DNA from: Hydrolagus affinis
Taxonomy: Eukaryota
DNA: 64,000 nt
Direction of reading: 5' to 3'
Assembly (NCBI GenBank): GCA_012026655.1
Contig: JAAILG010001545.1
Coordinates: 1 to 64,000, forward strand
Made by a program: the position numbers and the translations under genes. Position 1 is the first letter of the stretch; every line of letters begins with the position of its first letter. Under the pieces are notes generated by a model. That model saw nothing but the letters and a program-made list of their open reading frames with translations, had not been told where the DNA came from and did not search any database. Of the stretch, positions 26,374-38,400 are shown in pieces.

Positions 26374-27139
26374 TCCCTCCATGTTTTGTTTCTATGGTGC
26401 ACCGACCAACATGTTGAAGAAAGGTGATAACTGTATTTAGAAGTACCATACTTAATTTTATTCATCTGCAACAGAAAATAAAAGTGACTTATAAAAGAAA
26501 CAGGGGGTGGTGGGGGTTTGTGGTCAACAGGACTTTGTGAAACACTCTGTGCAATACCCTGTTTAGCAGCTGTGCTAGATTTGTCTCTTGCTAGCATCCT
26601 CCTAGTGTTATCAAGTATCAGGTTCTGGAAGTTCAAACAGATGCATGTCAGGGGGGATCAAATGAAATTAAATGTTGCTTCAAGGGAATTTCAATACCGT
26701 ACACTGGTATTCTTAATTTGCTTTTAAACTTGGAAAAAAAACCATTTGTATCCATTCTGCTGGGTATTCTTGGCACTTTGTCATGTCCAATGCTCTTGTG
26801 CACTCTCGCAGCTGCAGAATGTTTGTCCACCAGTTGCCAAGTGCGTTACAAGATCTGTCTAGAAGTTTCTGATCTTTTGGGTGGCACTGAGTTATTGAGT
26901 TTTCTGGTTACCCCGGAAACACCCTCAGCTTGTTCTTCCCACTGCCTCATTTGCCTGACTGTCTGGGGAGGAGGGAGTGGGCTCTGGCAACATGCCCTTT
27001 CCAACTGGGTTTGTGGGGAGGGGATTATGGCATAAATCAGGAAATATTCAATTAAGATAAAACTGAAAACACAAACTTACCAATCGAACAGGGACTTACC
27101 CAGTGAATGTTTGGTGGGGAGTGCTTCTTGGTGACGCCT

Positions 27140-27290
27140 TGATGGATATTATCCATTGCATGCAAAATGCTGCTAATCCCATTTCTCTGCTCTTTCCCTC
27201 CGCTTCCCCTTCTATGCTTTTCCTCTTTAAATATTTTATTCGATTCCGTTTTAAATGTGGACATGAAGCTGCGTCCTGCAACAGTCTCTG
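27140..27290 (-). mobile_element. CR1 LINE C-terminal fragment
   Basis: Minus ORF reads PETVAGRSFMSTFKTESNKIFKE, resembling the CR1 LPxxVVxAxSxxxFKxxLD motif. Confidence 0.65.
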
Positions 27291-29939
27291 GGGCCAAGCA
27301 GAGGCAAGAGCCAGTGCCCTGGGTTGCTGTTTCCCTTTTTCATCAGGGATCAAAATCCACTTATAAAGTTATAAAATCAAGAGCTAGAAAATGAAGCCAT
27401 TGTCAGAAACAATTACCGTGTGATGTTGATACCCTGAAAATGTCATGATAGTCATTCTGCTGTATTAATTTAGAATTAAACCGCTTGAGGGGACCAAATG
27501 TTGCAGTAGCATCCTTATTTCCCAACCCAGTACCCAATGAAATTTAAACGGAGGGTTGCGTGCTGTAAATTCCAAAGGCTACTGCTTAACCAGAGGATTG
27601 TTCACACCGAGCGTATTGCTAATTTTTTAGTCTGCTCTGTACGGATGATTTATATTCACATAGTGCCTGATTAATTCCTCACTTTTCGTTTAATGCAGGT
27701 CGCCAGTGAAAAATGAGATTGCTAAATGGATATTTAATCAATGGAGAGTGCTGTCCACTTGGGGAATTATGTGCACGTCTTTGCTCTTTGTTGAATGAAG
27801 TGGGGGAAATGGCTAAAAGGTTCACATCCCTATGTTGCCTGTAACACTTGGGAACGTATACACTTTTGCAAGTATCTTGTCAAAACCCTTTTTCCCTCTC
27901 AGCGGCAGAGAAGTCAAGTATCCTCTGTCAATAATCATTACATTTGATATAGACAATAAAACGTCAAAATGTCTCAAAGGGCTTCACAGTGAATTGCTCT
28001 AAAAGGCAATGACTATGTTTGGGTGAATGCAGCAGTGGATTTGCTCGAAACCAATGTCTTCACTCGCAAAACAATGAATAATGAATTTATCTTACAGGTT
28101 GTTGGTCAGACCATTGGGAGACTCTCTGAGTCATTGGGAGATTCTCTCTGAATAGTGTCATGGAATCATTCATTTCCACCGTCTTATCACATTGTTGAGA
28201 TATCTCAAAGCACTTCTCCAAAATATGCCGTAAAGTGAATTGATTGTATATTTTGTGATCTCTCTTTAACGTCTCATCTGAAGGACAGCACTTCCAATCA
28301 CTACAGTGCTTCACAGTACTGCACTGTCGGTCTATATAATCGCGATCTTGAACCAGAAGTGTAAGAAACATTAGCAAGTTATGAACAGTAACCCAAATTG
28401 TGTGTACACAAAGCCCTGTAAATGTACTATGTGCTATATAGATTTGTATGCATAGAACTCTCCATTCCTATGTAGAAGATGCGTGTCAGTTACAGAAAAA
28501 ACACCTCAAATGGCATTGACATCTAAGTTGTGAATAGTGCAGACACGAATCACATGTGTAAAAGCAAGGTTGGTTTATTTTACATAGTTCAAGAATGTAC
28601 CAATGTAAATTCTGTTGATTTTACTTTCTTCAAAACGGGAGTTAGTCACCAGATGTTAATAGTAGTGATTGTTTTATTACATGTCCTGTCCATGTTCTTT
28701 ACATGCATTGTGACATTGCACATGCACTGTGGAAAGTACTTTCACAGAATTCTCTGTGTGTAAACACTTTGGGACCACAGCCTTTTGTGCTGGTGATCAG
28801 CATGTAACAAACCCAATTTTTTGTGCCTTGGAACATCCTCCCAACGTGAATGGCGCTCTATAAATGTAGGTTTGTTGTTTGTTGTTGTTATTGTTTCATG
28901 TGTAATTTGGGCTTGAGTTTCCTGCCTGGCAAACTCAAGATTCCTGCAGCAGTTGTGCAATGCAGAGTTGATATTGGTGTCTCATGAGGACTCATCCCGA
29001 GTACAGGTATCATTATAGCTGAGATGAAGGACTGACAATGAGCGGGGGGAGCACAGAGCAGAGGCTGTTCCCTGACTGCGCTGTGCCACCCGGGTGGCTG
29101 CAGAAATGCAATCCTCTTGCATTACGGAATGCCGTGCCGGAATGCTCCTGCTGCTCACCTCGGCAGAGCAGGAAGAAAGCACGACTCCGGCAGATCCTCT
29201 TTCTCTGGAGTTATCATTTTACAAAGTGCAGGATTTGATGTGCAGCTGAATCCACTGTTGTGCCACAGGGATTTGTTCCCCTCAATGTTCTAGTTTCTTT
29301 AGCCTGATATTGTGCGGGGTTTGTAGTCCCACCCCTCAGTGCAGGTGCACTGGGAGATGTAACTGTGGATAAAGTTTGGAAATACATGGCACTTTTGCAT
29401 TGCTAGTTTGTGTCTGGAGATGGCAGATAATGAATAAAAGCTGGTTTTCCTGACTCCGGATTTGCTAGGAATAGTCTCAAATCGGATCGTATTTTCATAT
29501 CCGAGCGAGAGCCAAAAGAAAAGGGCGTGGTGAAGTTTCCACAATTCCTCAAGATCTTAGATTTGAAGACAAAATGGTCTTGTGGGCTAAAACCGTGCGG
29601 GATTTCAGGAAATGTAAGAGGCGGTGAATCTGTCCGTTCCCCTATTTGTTACAATTGAGCAATGGAAATGGATGTGACATTAGATCACAGAGAGATAAAC
29701 GGGATCCTAAAAGTTTCTGTCAAATGAGTCTTGCTTTCACAAGATCAATAATAATAATCCTTACATTTGAAATAGCGCCTTTCATGTCAGGAGGATGTCT
29801 TAAAGCATTTCACAGAATATACTGTAAAGTGTTGTGACTGTGCGTGACCACAATCTCCAGCCTGTCAGAAGACTCGGAGTGGCATTGCATTCTCAAAGGA
29901 GAGTTATACTTTCTTCAATTAGGGAATTGTACACAAAGT

Positions 29940-30200
29940 AACATAATTTCAGGTTTATTAGCAAAGAAAATTAACAGGCTGGTGATAAGGAATTTCTTCA
30001 CTCAAAGGGCTGTTAGAGTTTGGAATTCATTGCCTCAAGTGGCTATCAAGGCTGGATAAGTAAGTTGTTTATACAGGAACTGATTGAGCAGTCAAAATAT
30101 TTAGTGATGTTGGGAGAGCTATAATATGGGTTTGAAAAAAAGTAATTTTGAATTTGAAAAATAGGGAGCCGTACCATAGACATAATGGGTCAAATTGCGC
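29940..30200 (+). mobile_element. CR1 LINE 3' end
   Basis: ORF 29844-30059 ends RNFFTQRAVRVWNSLPQVAIKAG, the CR1 ORF2 terminus, followed by ATGGGTCAAAT resembling the CR1 3' UTR. Confidence 0.9.
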
Positions 30201-30868
30201 TTTGTGGGTAAAAAAAAGTCAGATCACTGGTGAATCCAAGAGCAAGTGCTAGGCATCAGATGCCTTCACATTTTCCTCCTTCTCCTTCCTCTCTCAATCT
30301 GTGGTGTAATTATTGTAAAGCAACAATGTGAGACATTAATGGCCCGCAGCTAACTGCCCTCAGAAATTCCAGGTACTTACCAACATTCCACAAAAGGGTA
30401 TGGCCAAATATGCAAATACCAAACGCAACCTTGAGGCTGTAGAGCTGCACTTCTTCCTGTCAGGGGTGACCACCTTGCCAAAGGGAGAAAAGAAACTCCT
30501 GCTAAAGAAGGCATTGTTTGCAATGAATTGAAGGAGCATTAGAAAAGTTTGGGACACCTTTGAAAGCCATTCCGTGGATGAAAGAAATGCCACTGGCGAC
30601 ACCCTTATCCCCACCTCCTTTTCAAGGTAGCACAGGTGATACTGAGGCCATCAGATGTTTGTAGCATTGCCTCAGGACATGGGCTGTCTCCATTCTTGTG
30701 AATGAGGTGAGTGAATGAGCGAGTGAGTGTTCAGCTGTCTTGTCTACAGGCTGACCATGTGGACCTTTTTTTTCCGTCATCTAATTAAATAAAGAACCAT
30801 TCTGTGGAGATTAAAGAAAGTAATCCTATAACATCTTTATAGTTTAAACACTCACATTTACAGGGCAA

Positions 30869-30885
30869 TGACCTGGTTTTGAACT
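30869..30885 (-). promoter_or_regulatory. Consensus DR5 retinoic-acid response element
   Basis: Minus strand AGTTCA-AAACC-AGGTCA. Adjacent FOX-like GTAAATAA (30900-30907) and AP-1 TGACTCA (about 30915). Function not shown. Confidence 0.45.
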
Positions 30886-31592
30886 GTTGTCCCTGATTAG
30901 TAAATAAGCCACAGTGACTCAGTGACACAACTGACTGATATCAGTTTCCATTTATTACATTTACAGTATATAAGTAATTCAGCCTGCAGTCAATATGGAA
31001 TTTATGGCAGGACAGATTTTCCCTGTTGGCAATAAGGTGGAGTTATCACACTCTGATCTCTCTATACAATAACCTCTTTGTTTCTTGTTTATAAAGCCTT
31101 GTGATAGACTCTATTGTAGTGGTGTTTCAGAAAAAGCGGCACTAAAAATCCTGAGTAAGGTAACAGTGACCCTGCTCTTTAAGTGGAACAAATATGATTC
31201 CTGGAAATTGGAATGACTCCTATTGGTATGAAATTGACAACCACTGGTTACTGTTGTAGTCACCTTCTGATTCTGTGCTTTGGATACATAGATTAATAAA
31301 TCCTGTCCGGACAAACCCAGTGAGCAACTCTCCTGAGATGTGTGGGTGCTCTTATGGACTTGGAGTCACAGCAGAGTAAGGGTTAACAAAGTGATTTCAG
31401 AGGTGTTAAGAACTGGCACAGGCTAGTGGGCCAAATGGACTGTTTCCGTGTTGTAATGTTCCGTATAATCTGTCCTGACAGCTTGGGTGTGTTAGTCATA
31501 GTCATTCTGTGGTTCGAATAGTCTTCAAATAAATTGGTCACTCATTTAATGGTTGTTTGTGAAACTGTGAGGTTTGTCATCAATAGAGGTGA

Positions 31593-31765
31593 ATCATAGA
31601 ATCATAGAATTTTACGGCAGAAAAGGAGGCCATTCGGTCCATCTAGTCTGTGCTGGCTCTATGAAAGGAGCAGCTCAATCCCACTGCCCTGCTCTCTCCC
31701 CATAACCTAACAGACCTGTTCTCCCTAAATAAAGATCTAATTCACTTTTAAAAGCTGAAGTTGAG
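31593..31765 (-). mobile_element. CR1 3' terminus with (ATTCTATG)n-type tail
   Basis: ATCATAGAATCATAGAA followed by GGAGGCCATTCGGTCCATC. Similar tails occur at about 33225, 35832, 49375 and 54050. Confidence 0.85.
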
Positions 31766-34429
31766 TACAAGGCGTATTAAGCAATACTTGCACATTCCTT
31801 GACTCTCTCCTTGAGCTTGCTTGAGTATCTTCAGGAATCGGAGAGACATTTTCTAATTAAATTACCTTTAACCCGGACTGGTTATGTTTTATTTTCTCTG
31901 TATTACCTCTGACAGGCTAGTACCAGGAGAGATGTGCAGAGTGAATCTTGTGTGGGTGGGGGGGGAATTCTCCCGGGAGTGGACTTGATGTCCCACTGGG
32001 TCTCTTTAAGCCCTTGCTGTTTAAATATCTTTGTATGAACCTTGCTGTGTGCAAATTGGCTGCTATGTTTGGCTATAAGAACACTTACTGTACTTGACTG
32101 CAATTACCTGTAAAGTGTTTGGAGACATTTAGACGTACCTAGCTTCTGAGACATTTTGACATGCCCAGCTTGAAGCGAGCAAGTACTTTTCCCGCTAATT
32201 GGATTGTTACACTCTGTTTGTGTTTCTTACTGGTGTGGTTAAGGGTAGCACAGCTATATGGACCATATGTTCCTGTAATGAGCTGAAATTCAGGGCCCAC
32301 AAGATCCCCATGCAAGGCTCTATTCCGGGGCATCTACCATTGTTCCAAGTAGGTCTCCAGGCACCTGAATTTAGTGGCAGATGTAATCTGATGGCTTGGC
32401 TATTGGTAAGAGGGTGGTTCCATTATAATGAGTGCGCACCGCCCCTCCCCCCACCACCACCACCAGATTAGGATATCGTGGTGGCAATATCAATGTGTTT
32501 TATGATGGCAGGGGCTCCCTTGTTGGCTTGGGGCCCCATGAAATTGCATGGGTCGTATGTGCCTTAAACCACAAGTGTTGGAAGGCACAAGGTTAATAAA
32601 TAAACTATGCTTACGGAGCCTTGGGATTGATTTCTGCAGGAATCAGTCATAGTTTGTGTTGCAAATTTGCGTTTCTTGTGAATTTGCAGAATTGTTGCAA
32701 ACAGCCCGGTTTAGATGGAAAACCTTCTATTGGATTTTGCAGAAAACCCTCCTGGCCTTTCCATCTCGGATTTGCACAGGAAAGTGAAGTAGGAGATTCA
32801 CAATAGACTAATATGAAAAGCTGATGCAAAATCTCCCATGGATTTAAACTGAAAATCAGATATGATCACAAGCCAACAAATGAATCGGCTCCCGATCTAT
32901 TTCAATGCCAAGGAGATAGGAATGTTCGGAATTGCACACTACTCAGCGCCAAAACCATAGGTGGGTCATTCTAACACCTCCTGCTTTAGGACAGGCCATC
33001 ACCATAATCCCTGTGGGAATCATATAATCTAGATGAGTCCATTCTGACTCAAGTGGAAACTGATCTGAATTTTTATTGTAATATAAGCAGGCCTGGAAAT
33101 GCTAAAATGAGTACTGGGCACTTAGAGCTGCAGTTTGCATTGACGTCTGCTATCATTAGGACTGCATAATTCTGAGTTATCCCACACCTTGTTAATCAGA
33201 TACAACACTGCATGCAGTGACATGAGAACATAAGAAAATAAGAAACAAGGAAAATAGTATTGGGTCCTCAAAGGCCTACCTCTGACCAAACACATAGAAT
33301 TTGCATTGGCATAAACCCACCTCAATTTAACCTCCCAATGGAATGGAATAAGTACAGATAAAACTACCAAGATAATAAAAACGAGATTTCACCCCAATTT
33401 CCCCAGGTAATTTGGAGAAACTCTAGGCAGCCACCCGACATTGCAGTCCAGGTCTGACAGATCGTGTTAGAAATTCATTTCTAATGATTTAAGGAGAAAA
33501 ATATTGGAAAGTCCGCATTCACTCTTGAAATGTCACACCTTTACGGTGTCTTGAGTAACTGGTTAAATAAGGCATTCCGAAAACCAATTTACACTTCAGA
33601 ACAAGTTAATGATAATCTTTGCAGTTGATATAGCCCTTTATCATATCAAGACATCTCAAGGCGCTTTAGTGTTTTTCTGTAAAATGTAGTGAGGATCTAT
33701 TTATAGATGAACGAGGTGGCCAATTTGCAAAGAGACAGACATGAATGGATAACTTTTTCTCTGGAGGATAGTTAGTTAGGGCAATGTTGACGTTAATTCT
33801 ATGCACTGATTTACTTCACTTTTATGTCCCACACCCTTTTCGTGGTCCAAAAGTACATCAGATCTATTTGCTAACATTGTGGAATCTCATATCCTTTTGG
33901 AATGACTCAACTTCACCAATGTACGTGTGCTGCTATGTCCCTGACACCTCCACCTCCCTCAGATCTTGGCCTAGGACTTGAATCCAGCTGCCATATGGGT
34001 GCTCACTGCCTCATTCCTCTGACTGTACAGACATTATTGCTACTGTGCCTGGCTGCTCCTCTTGTATTGATCAAACATCTTGCTCAACTCCCCACTCCCC
34101 ATCTGTTCCTTAACTTAACAGGACAGCTAAAGTGATCCTAACTAAAAGGATGTTAGCACATACTCTAGTTGTTTGTCAAAAGTTGCCCTGTATAAGTGCA
34201 GAATGATATACTGATGCATTTCACACTGTACAATAGAAAGAGGTTTCTATTTCTCCCTCCCTTTTTAAAAAAACAGCGAAGCCTTGGATGACAGATAAGG
34301 CCCCTTAAATCCCTTGAGTGTTACGGGAAAGTTTCTGCAGACACAATAAGCTTAATGCTTGGGAGTGAAGCAGTGGAGCCTTGCGCACAAAGCACTGTTA
34401 TGACTGCGCTGTAATCTTCCTTTTTGTTG

Positions 34430-34560
34430 CAGTCACTCAGCAGTGTTACCATTAAACATGGCAAGAGTTTCAGGTTTGGTGTGAGGTGCAAACATGCTTC
34501 ACAGCCATAAAGCAGAGTGCTGAACCTAATAGGATTACATTGATGGATTGTTTTACAGTG
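34430..34560 (-). mobile_element. RTE-clade LINE fragment
   Basis: Minus ORF contains FSTLLYGCEA, matching the RTE ORF motif LSTLLYG(S/C)ETW. Surrounding sequence is decayed. Confidence 0.55.
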
Positions 34561-34736
34561 CCTCAAAGAGGTAGGCTTCACTCAACAGTGTTAAAATGCC
34601 TATTGTTTTAACAAGTCAAAGTTCAACCTCAGCCTTTCCCTATTATTCCAATGGCACACTTTTCCCAATATCCCAGAACACTTTGATATTACCATAGCAA
34701 ATTGATGGCTAGGCTCCTGAGTGGTGCATAGAATTG

Positions 34737-34790
34737 TACGAGATACCGTAATATGATTCACCGGAGTGAATCATATTACGGTATCTCGTA
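34737..34790. repeat. Perfect 54-bp palindrome (25-bp arms, 4-nt loop); probable 50-bp Tc1/mariner-type micro-MITE with TA TSD
   Basis: TACGAGATACCGTAATATGATTCAC-CGGA-GTGAATCATATTACGGTATCTCGTA with no mismatches. The palindrome is seen directly; the MITE interpretation is inference. Confidence 0.9.
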
Positions 34791-36423
34791 ATCTTTGTCA
34801 CAATCACACTTCATCAGTTCTGACACTAGGACCTAATAGTACTTAACAATTTAATAGTAGAATATTTTTCATTTAAAAAAAGGAGTGAAAAAAGTACTGA
34901 GGATTTATCTTCATTTATCCTACTGCTTTGTCGGGCAAATAATGAGGTTGAAACAAGAGTACTGTCCTTTCATTTACTCGATCCATGGATGAGAAAGACA
35001 CGTCTTATTACAACGGTGACACATACGTCCCCCATATATACAAATAAAATGTGTGAGCAGGATTGGGTAAAGAGGTTTGCTAACTCATCTAGCCTGAAAT
35101 GAATAGAACATAACATGTTGCTTCAGGTATTCTTCTCTACTGTTGTGTAGTCTGAATTAAAATGTTGTTGCTGCAGTGAAATTTAAGGAAAGGGGAGGTT
35201 AAACATATGCTTAGGATTGCTTCTGGTTCTGCTGATTTGAATGCCAAACAGCACTCGATTGCCAATAAAGAGTTTAACAATTTTTTTCCATTGGTTGAGA
35301 CACCAAAGATGAGAGACTTACCAGTTCTTGGTTTACAAGCCACATCTTATTTGCCACATTATTTTCTATGGATTATTTTCATTCTTGTTTTAATTATAGT
35401 TGCCTGTTTTCAGCAGAATGTGCATTACTCTACAGACAGGATATAGATTACAGTGTGTCTGTTCGGGGCCACATTTCACCAGACTGGGCTGGGTTTTATC
35501 ACTGAAGGTGAGGGCAGACTGTGCAATAGCGTGAGCTGCAGTTCTGCTTCAAGGTAAAGCAGTCTGGAAGGACTGCTAGGTTCTTTATAGAAGTGCAAAG
35601 TTACCACAGCCTTGCGGTGCTTCAGCAGTAATCAGAAAGTCCCATTTATGATGGATTTTTTAACCTTAGGCCTTGGAAATGAGAGATCGTGTGAATGTAA
35701 AATGTTTACAGTGCAAAGTTATGTGTTTTTACAACACATTGTATTACCATACTGCCTTTCAGCTTTAACTCAAAGAACTTTTAATAATATGCATTAATGC
35801 GACTGGATGAAAAAGCAGTGTATCGTAATGTATCATAGAATTATACAGCACAGAAAGAGGTCATTTAACCCATAATTTCTGTGCTGGCTCTTTGCAAAGA
35901 GCTGTCCAAATCAATCCCACTCCCTTGCTCTCTCTCCCCTGTAATATAAATGCCATTTCTTATTCCTTCTATAATGTACATCCGTGTACAATACACACTC
36001 CAATCTTTTTGGAGAAGATTACGGGAATGAGTGTGTATTATCCATGACCGTTGGTACCCTAAACCACTCAATTGTGCGTCAGTCGATTCATTGTCTGCCT
36101 CCCCCAAAAATGCACACCATCATTAGATTTTATAGTAAATCCTGTGAAAGTGTTTGAGATGTCCTTGTGATGTGAAAAGCACTATATCAAATGCAAGGAT
36201 CATCATTCCCCTCTATTTTTGCCTCTCCAGCAAAAATAACCTGGGAGTTTACCAGTTGCACGTAAACTAGGTGTCTCCTGGGTCCCGCATTCCCTGTGTC
36301 CCGTGCCTACTGGTTTGATATTTTTCTTGCATAATGTGCACCCAAGACTTTTAGAATACGATTGAAGTGGTACTATACATGGAACAATACAGTATATGTA
36401 TTTTTACAATACAGAACTCGGGG

Positions 36424-36739
36424 ATAATATAATATTCCTTACTTTTGATATAGCACTTTTCATGTCTTCTAGACATTTCAAAGTGCTTCACAGAATATAC
36501 GGTAAAGTGAATTTACTATATTTGTAGGTGAAACGAGACAGCCAATTGCACACAGCAGTGTCCCACGAACAGTCGTGGATTGAAATGACCAATTTATTCT
36601 AGGTTTTTTGGGGGACGGATTATTATTAGGCATTTCGAGTAAGGAAACTTGCCCAAGGTTTCGCCCTGACCTGTCTGGATTCGAAACATGGATTTCTCAT
36701 GCTTGTAAGGCGAGTGCTCTAACCAAAGCTACAGGACAC
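36424..36739 (-). mobile_element. Full-length tRNA-derived SINE (SINE2-1_CM-like)
   Basis: Reverse complement is collinear with 54601-54912, including the head GTGTCCTGTAGCT..GGTTAGAGCACTCGCCTTAC and the box B-like TTCGAATCC. Confidence 0.92.
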
Positions 36740-36741
36740 AA

Positions 36742-37087
36742 TCTCCACAGTAGAGATCCTTCTACTGTGTCCCAAATAATGTGCTTCAATCTCAAACGCA
36801 GAAGACTATCCTTGATTTCCACCTCCCTACCCCCACCCCCGGCACCAGTGTGAATTCTTTTAATTTTCCACACAATCCCGGGGTCTCTCAGGGTGAGATT
36901 GTCAATTCAACGGTTTTGGGCTGTGAGTCCATCCCTACAAGGAGCTGGATTGAGGCTGTCCAATTCCATTTCACACAACATCCTTAAAGACAGTAAAGAC
37001 ATTCATCCCATCAGTCTGGGTTGGATTCGAACCCATGTCTCAGAGGGGAAAGGTCGATGTCTAACCCGCGGTGTCACCAAGTCTCCG
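36742..37087 (-). mobile_element. LF-SINE-related tRNA-SINE
   Basis: Minus strand blocks CCTTTCCCCTCTG..GGGTTCGAATCCAACCCAG, TGTGAAATGGAATTGG..CTCAATCCAGCTCCT..CAAAACC and TTGAAGCACATT follow the order of the LF-SINE consensus as I recall it. Not aligned by software. Confidence 0.65.
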
Positions 37088-37480
37088 ACAGAGCAAATTT
37101 TAAATGGCATTTTCTTCTACACACGCAGGAACTCTTGGAAATCCTATTAATAAAAAACATTATTAAAGAGAGCCATCATCTTCATGAAAATCTTATGACA
37201 ACACTTTGCCTGTTTGTTTACAAATATACACCATGATAAAGCAAATTTTTCTACAGTGTGTTGTTATGCCACTTTGTGGGACATTTTTGAGATGAAATCG
37301 CTCCTCCTAATTTCCGCTCCCTACGAAAATAACTTGTCTGCCAGCATATTTTCATGCAGAAGGTGTCAGTTTACAATGAAATCATATAATTTCTGATAAG
37401 CCATGTTAAATATTGCATCCACTTACAAAGGATCAGCTCAGAGCCAGAGGCCTTTGTTCTTACAGCAGATTTGGTTTACT

Positions 37481-37499
37481 CTCCCACCAGATGGCGGCT
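37481..37499 (+). promoter_or_regulatory. Strong CTCF core motif
   Basis: CTCCCACCAGATGGCGGCT fits the core CCAC/GCAG(A/G)(G/T)GGC(A/G), with its CpG retained, in non-repeat sequence. Confidence 0.6.
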
Positions 37500-37872
37500 C
37501 CCTGCAGTGGAAATTCTGCTCCTTCACCAGCCTCATGTCCTCTCTATAAGCAAACGTTAGTTATTAAAGAAGAACTTGCATTTTGATAGCACCTCACACA
37601 TTAAAATGTCTAAAGTTCTTTACAGTAATCACTGTACTATCAAGCATAGTGACTTCAGGGTCACTGGGGTCTATTGTACTAAAAATATCTATCATTTTGT
37701 TACATAATTTTTTTTCAGATGAGTTCCTGTCAACATAAATTACTTGATGTTATTTGATTTTGTGATAGATGTATTGCCGGCAATTGGATGAGTCAACTAA
37801 AGATAGAAAATCCCTGCTAGAAAGAGTTCCTGGTTGAGCACGACCTCACTGATAACCCAATGGTCAAATGAC

Positions 37873-37886
37873 GGGTCATCAGGTCA
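37873..37886 (+). promoter_or_regulatory. Consensus DR2 nuclear-receptor element (RAR/RXR type)
   Basis: GGGTCA-TC-AGGTCA, preceded by a weaker half-site TGGTCA at 37861-37866. Confidence 0.4.
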
Positions 37887-37971
37887 CGAATGAAATCACT
37901 TTCTGTGTTATGCGCGCTGTGCAGAAAGTCCCACTAATTATTTTCTTCTGAAATAAAAGTGTGACTATAAC

Positions 37972-38400
37972 AATAATAATCTTTGATTTGATATGGCCCC
38001 TTATAATGCACGTGCGCTGCACATAGGAATCACATTGTCGAAACATTTAAAAACTGTTTGGTTTTCCGTGAAGTGTAGTGATTGAGTATTTGTAAGCGAA
38101 GGCGGCAGCCAATTTGCACAAATAGCCATGGAGTGAATGACCAATTTTATTTGGGGGATTTGTTGATCAGGACACTGGGAGAAAATCCCTTCTCTTTTCG
38201 AACAGTGCTATGGGATCTTGAACGTCCATCTGATTAGGCAGGCGGGAGTTTAGTTTTCCATCTCATCTACAGGACAGAATATCCAACAATGCACCCTAGC
38301 ACTGTACTGGAGTATCAGTAGATTGTAGAAAATGTGAGTTCAAAGTCCTGACATGGGGCTTGAACCTGTAACCTCCTGCTTCAGAAGGAACAGCTGATAC
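37972..38400 (-). mobile_element. Deu-domain SINE (SacSINE1/AmnSINE1-related), near full length
   Basis: Antisense Deu core CAGGACACTGGGAGAAAATCCCTTCTCTTTTCGAACAGTGCTATGGGATCTT, with box B antisense GGCTTGAACC near the head. Confidence 0.8.

Noticed and set aside
31772-31786. GCGTATTAAGCAATA resembling antisense miR-137
   Set aside because: Gapped partial match with no precursor hairpin, next to a CR1 remnant.
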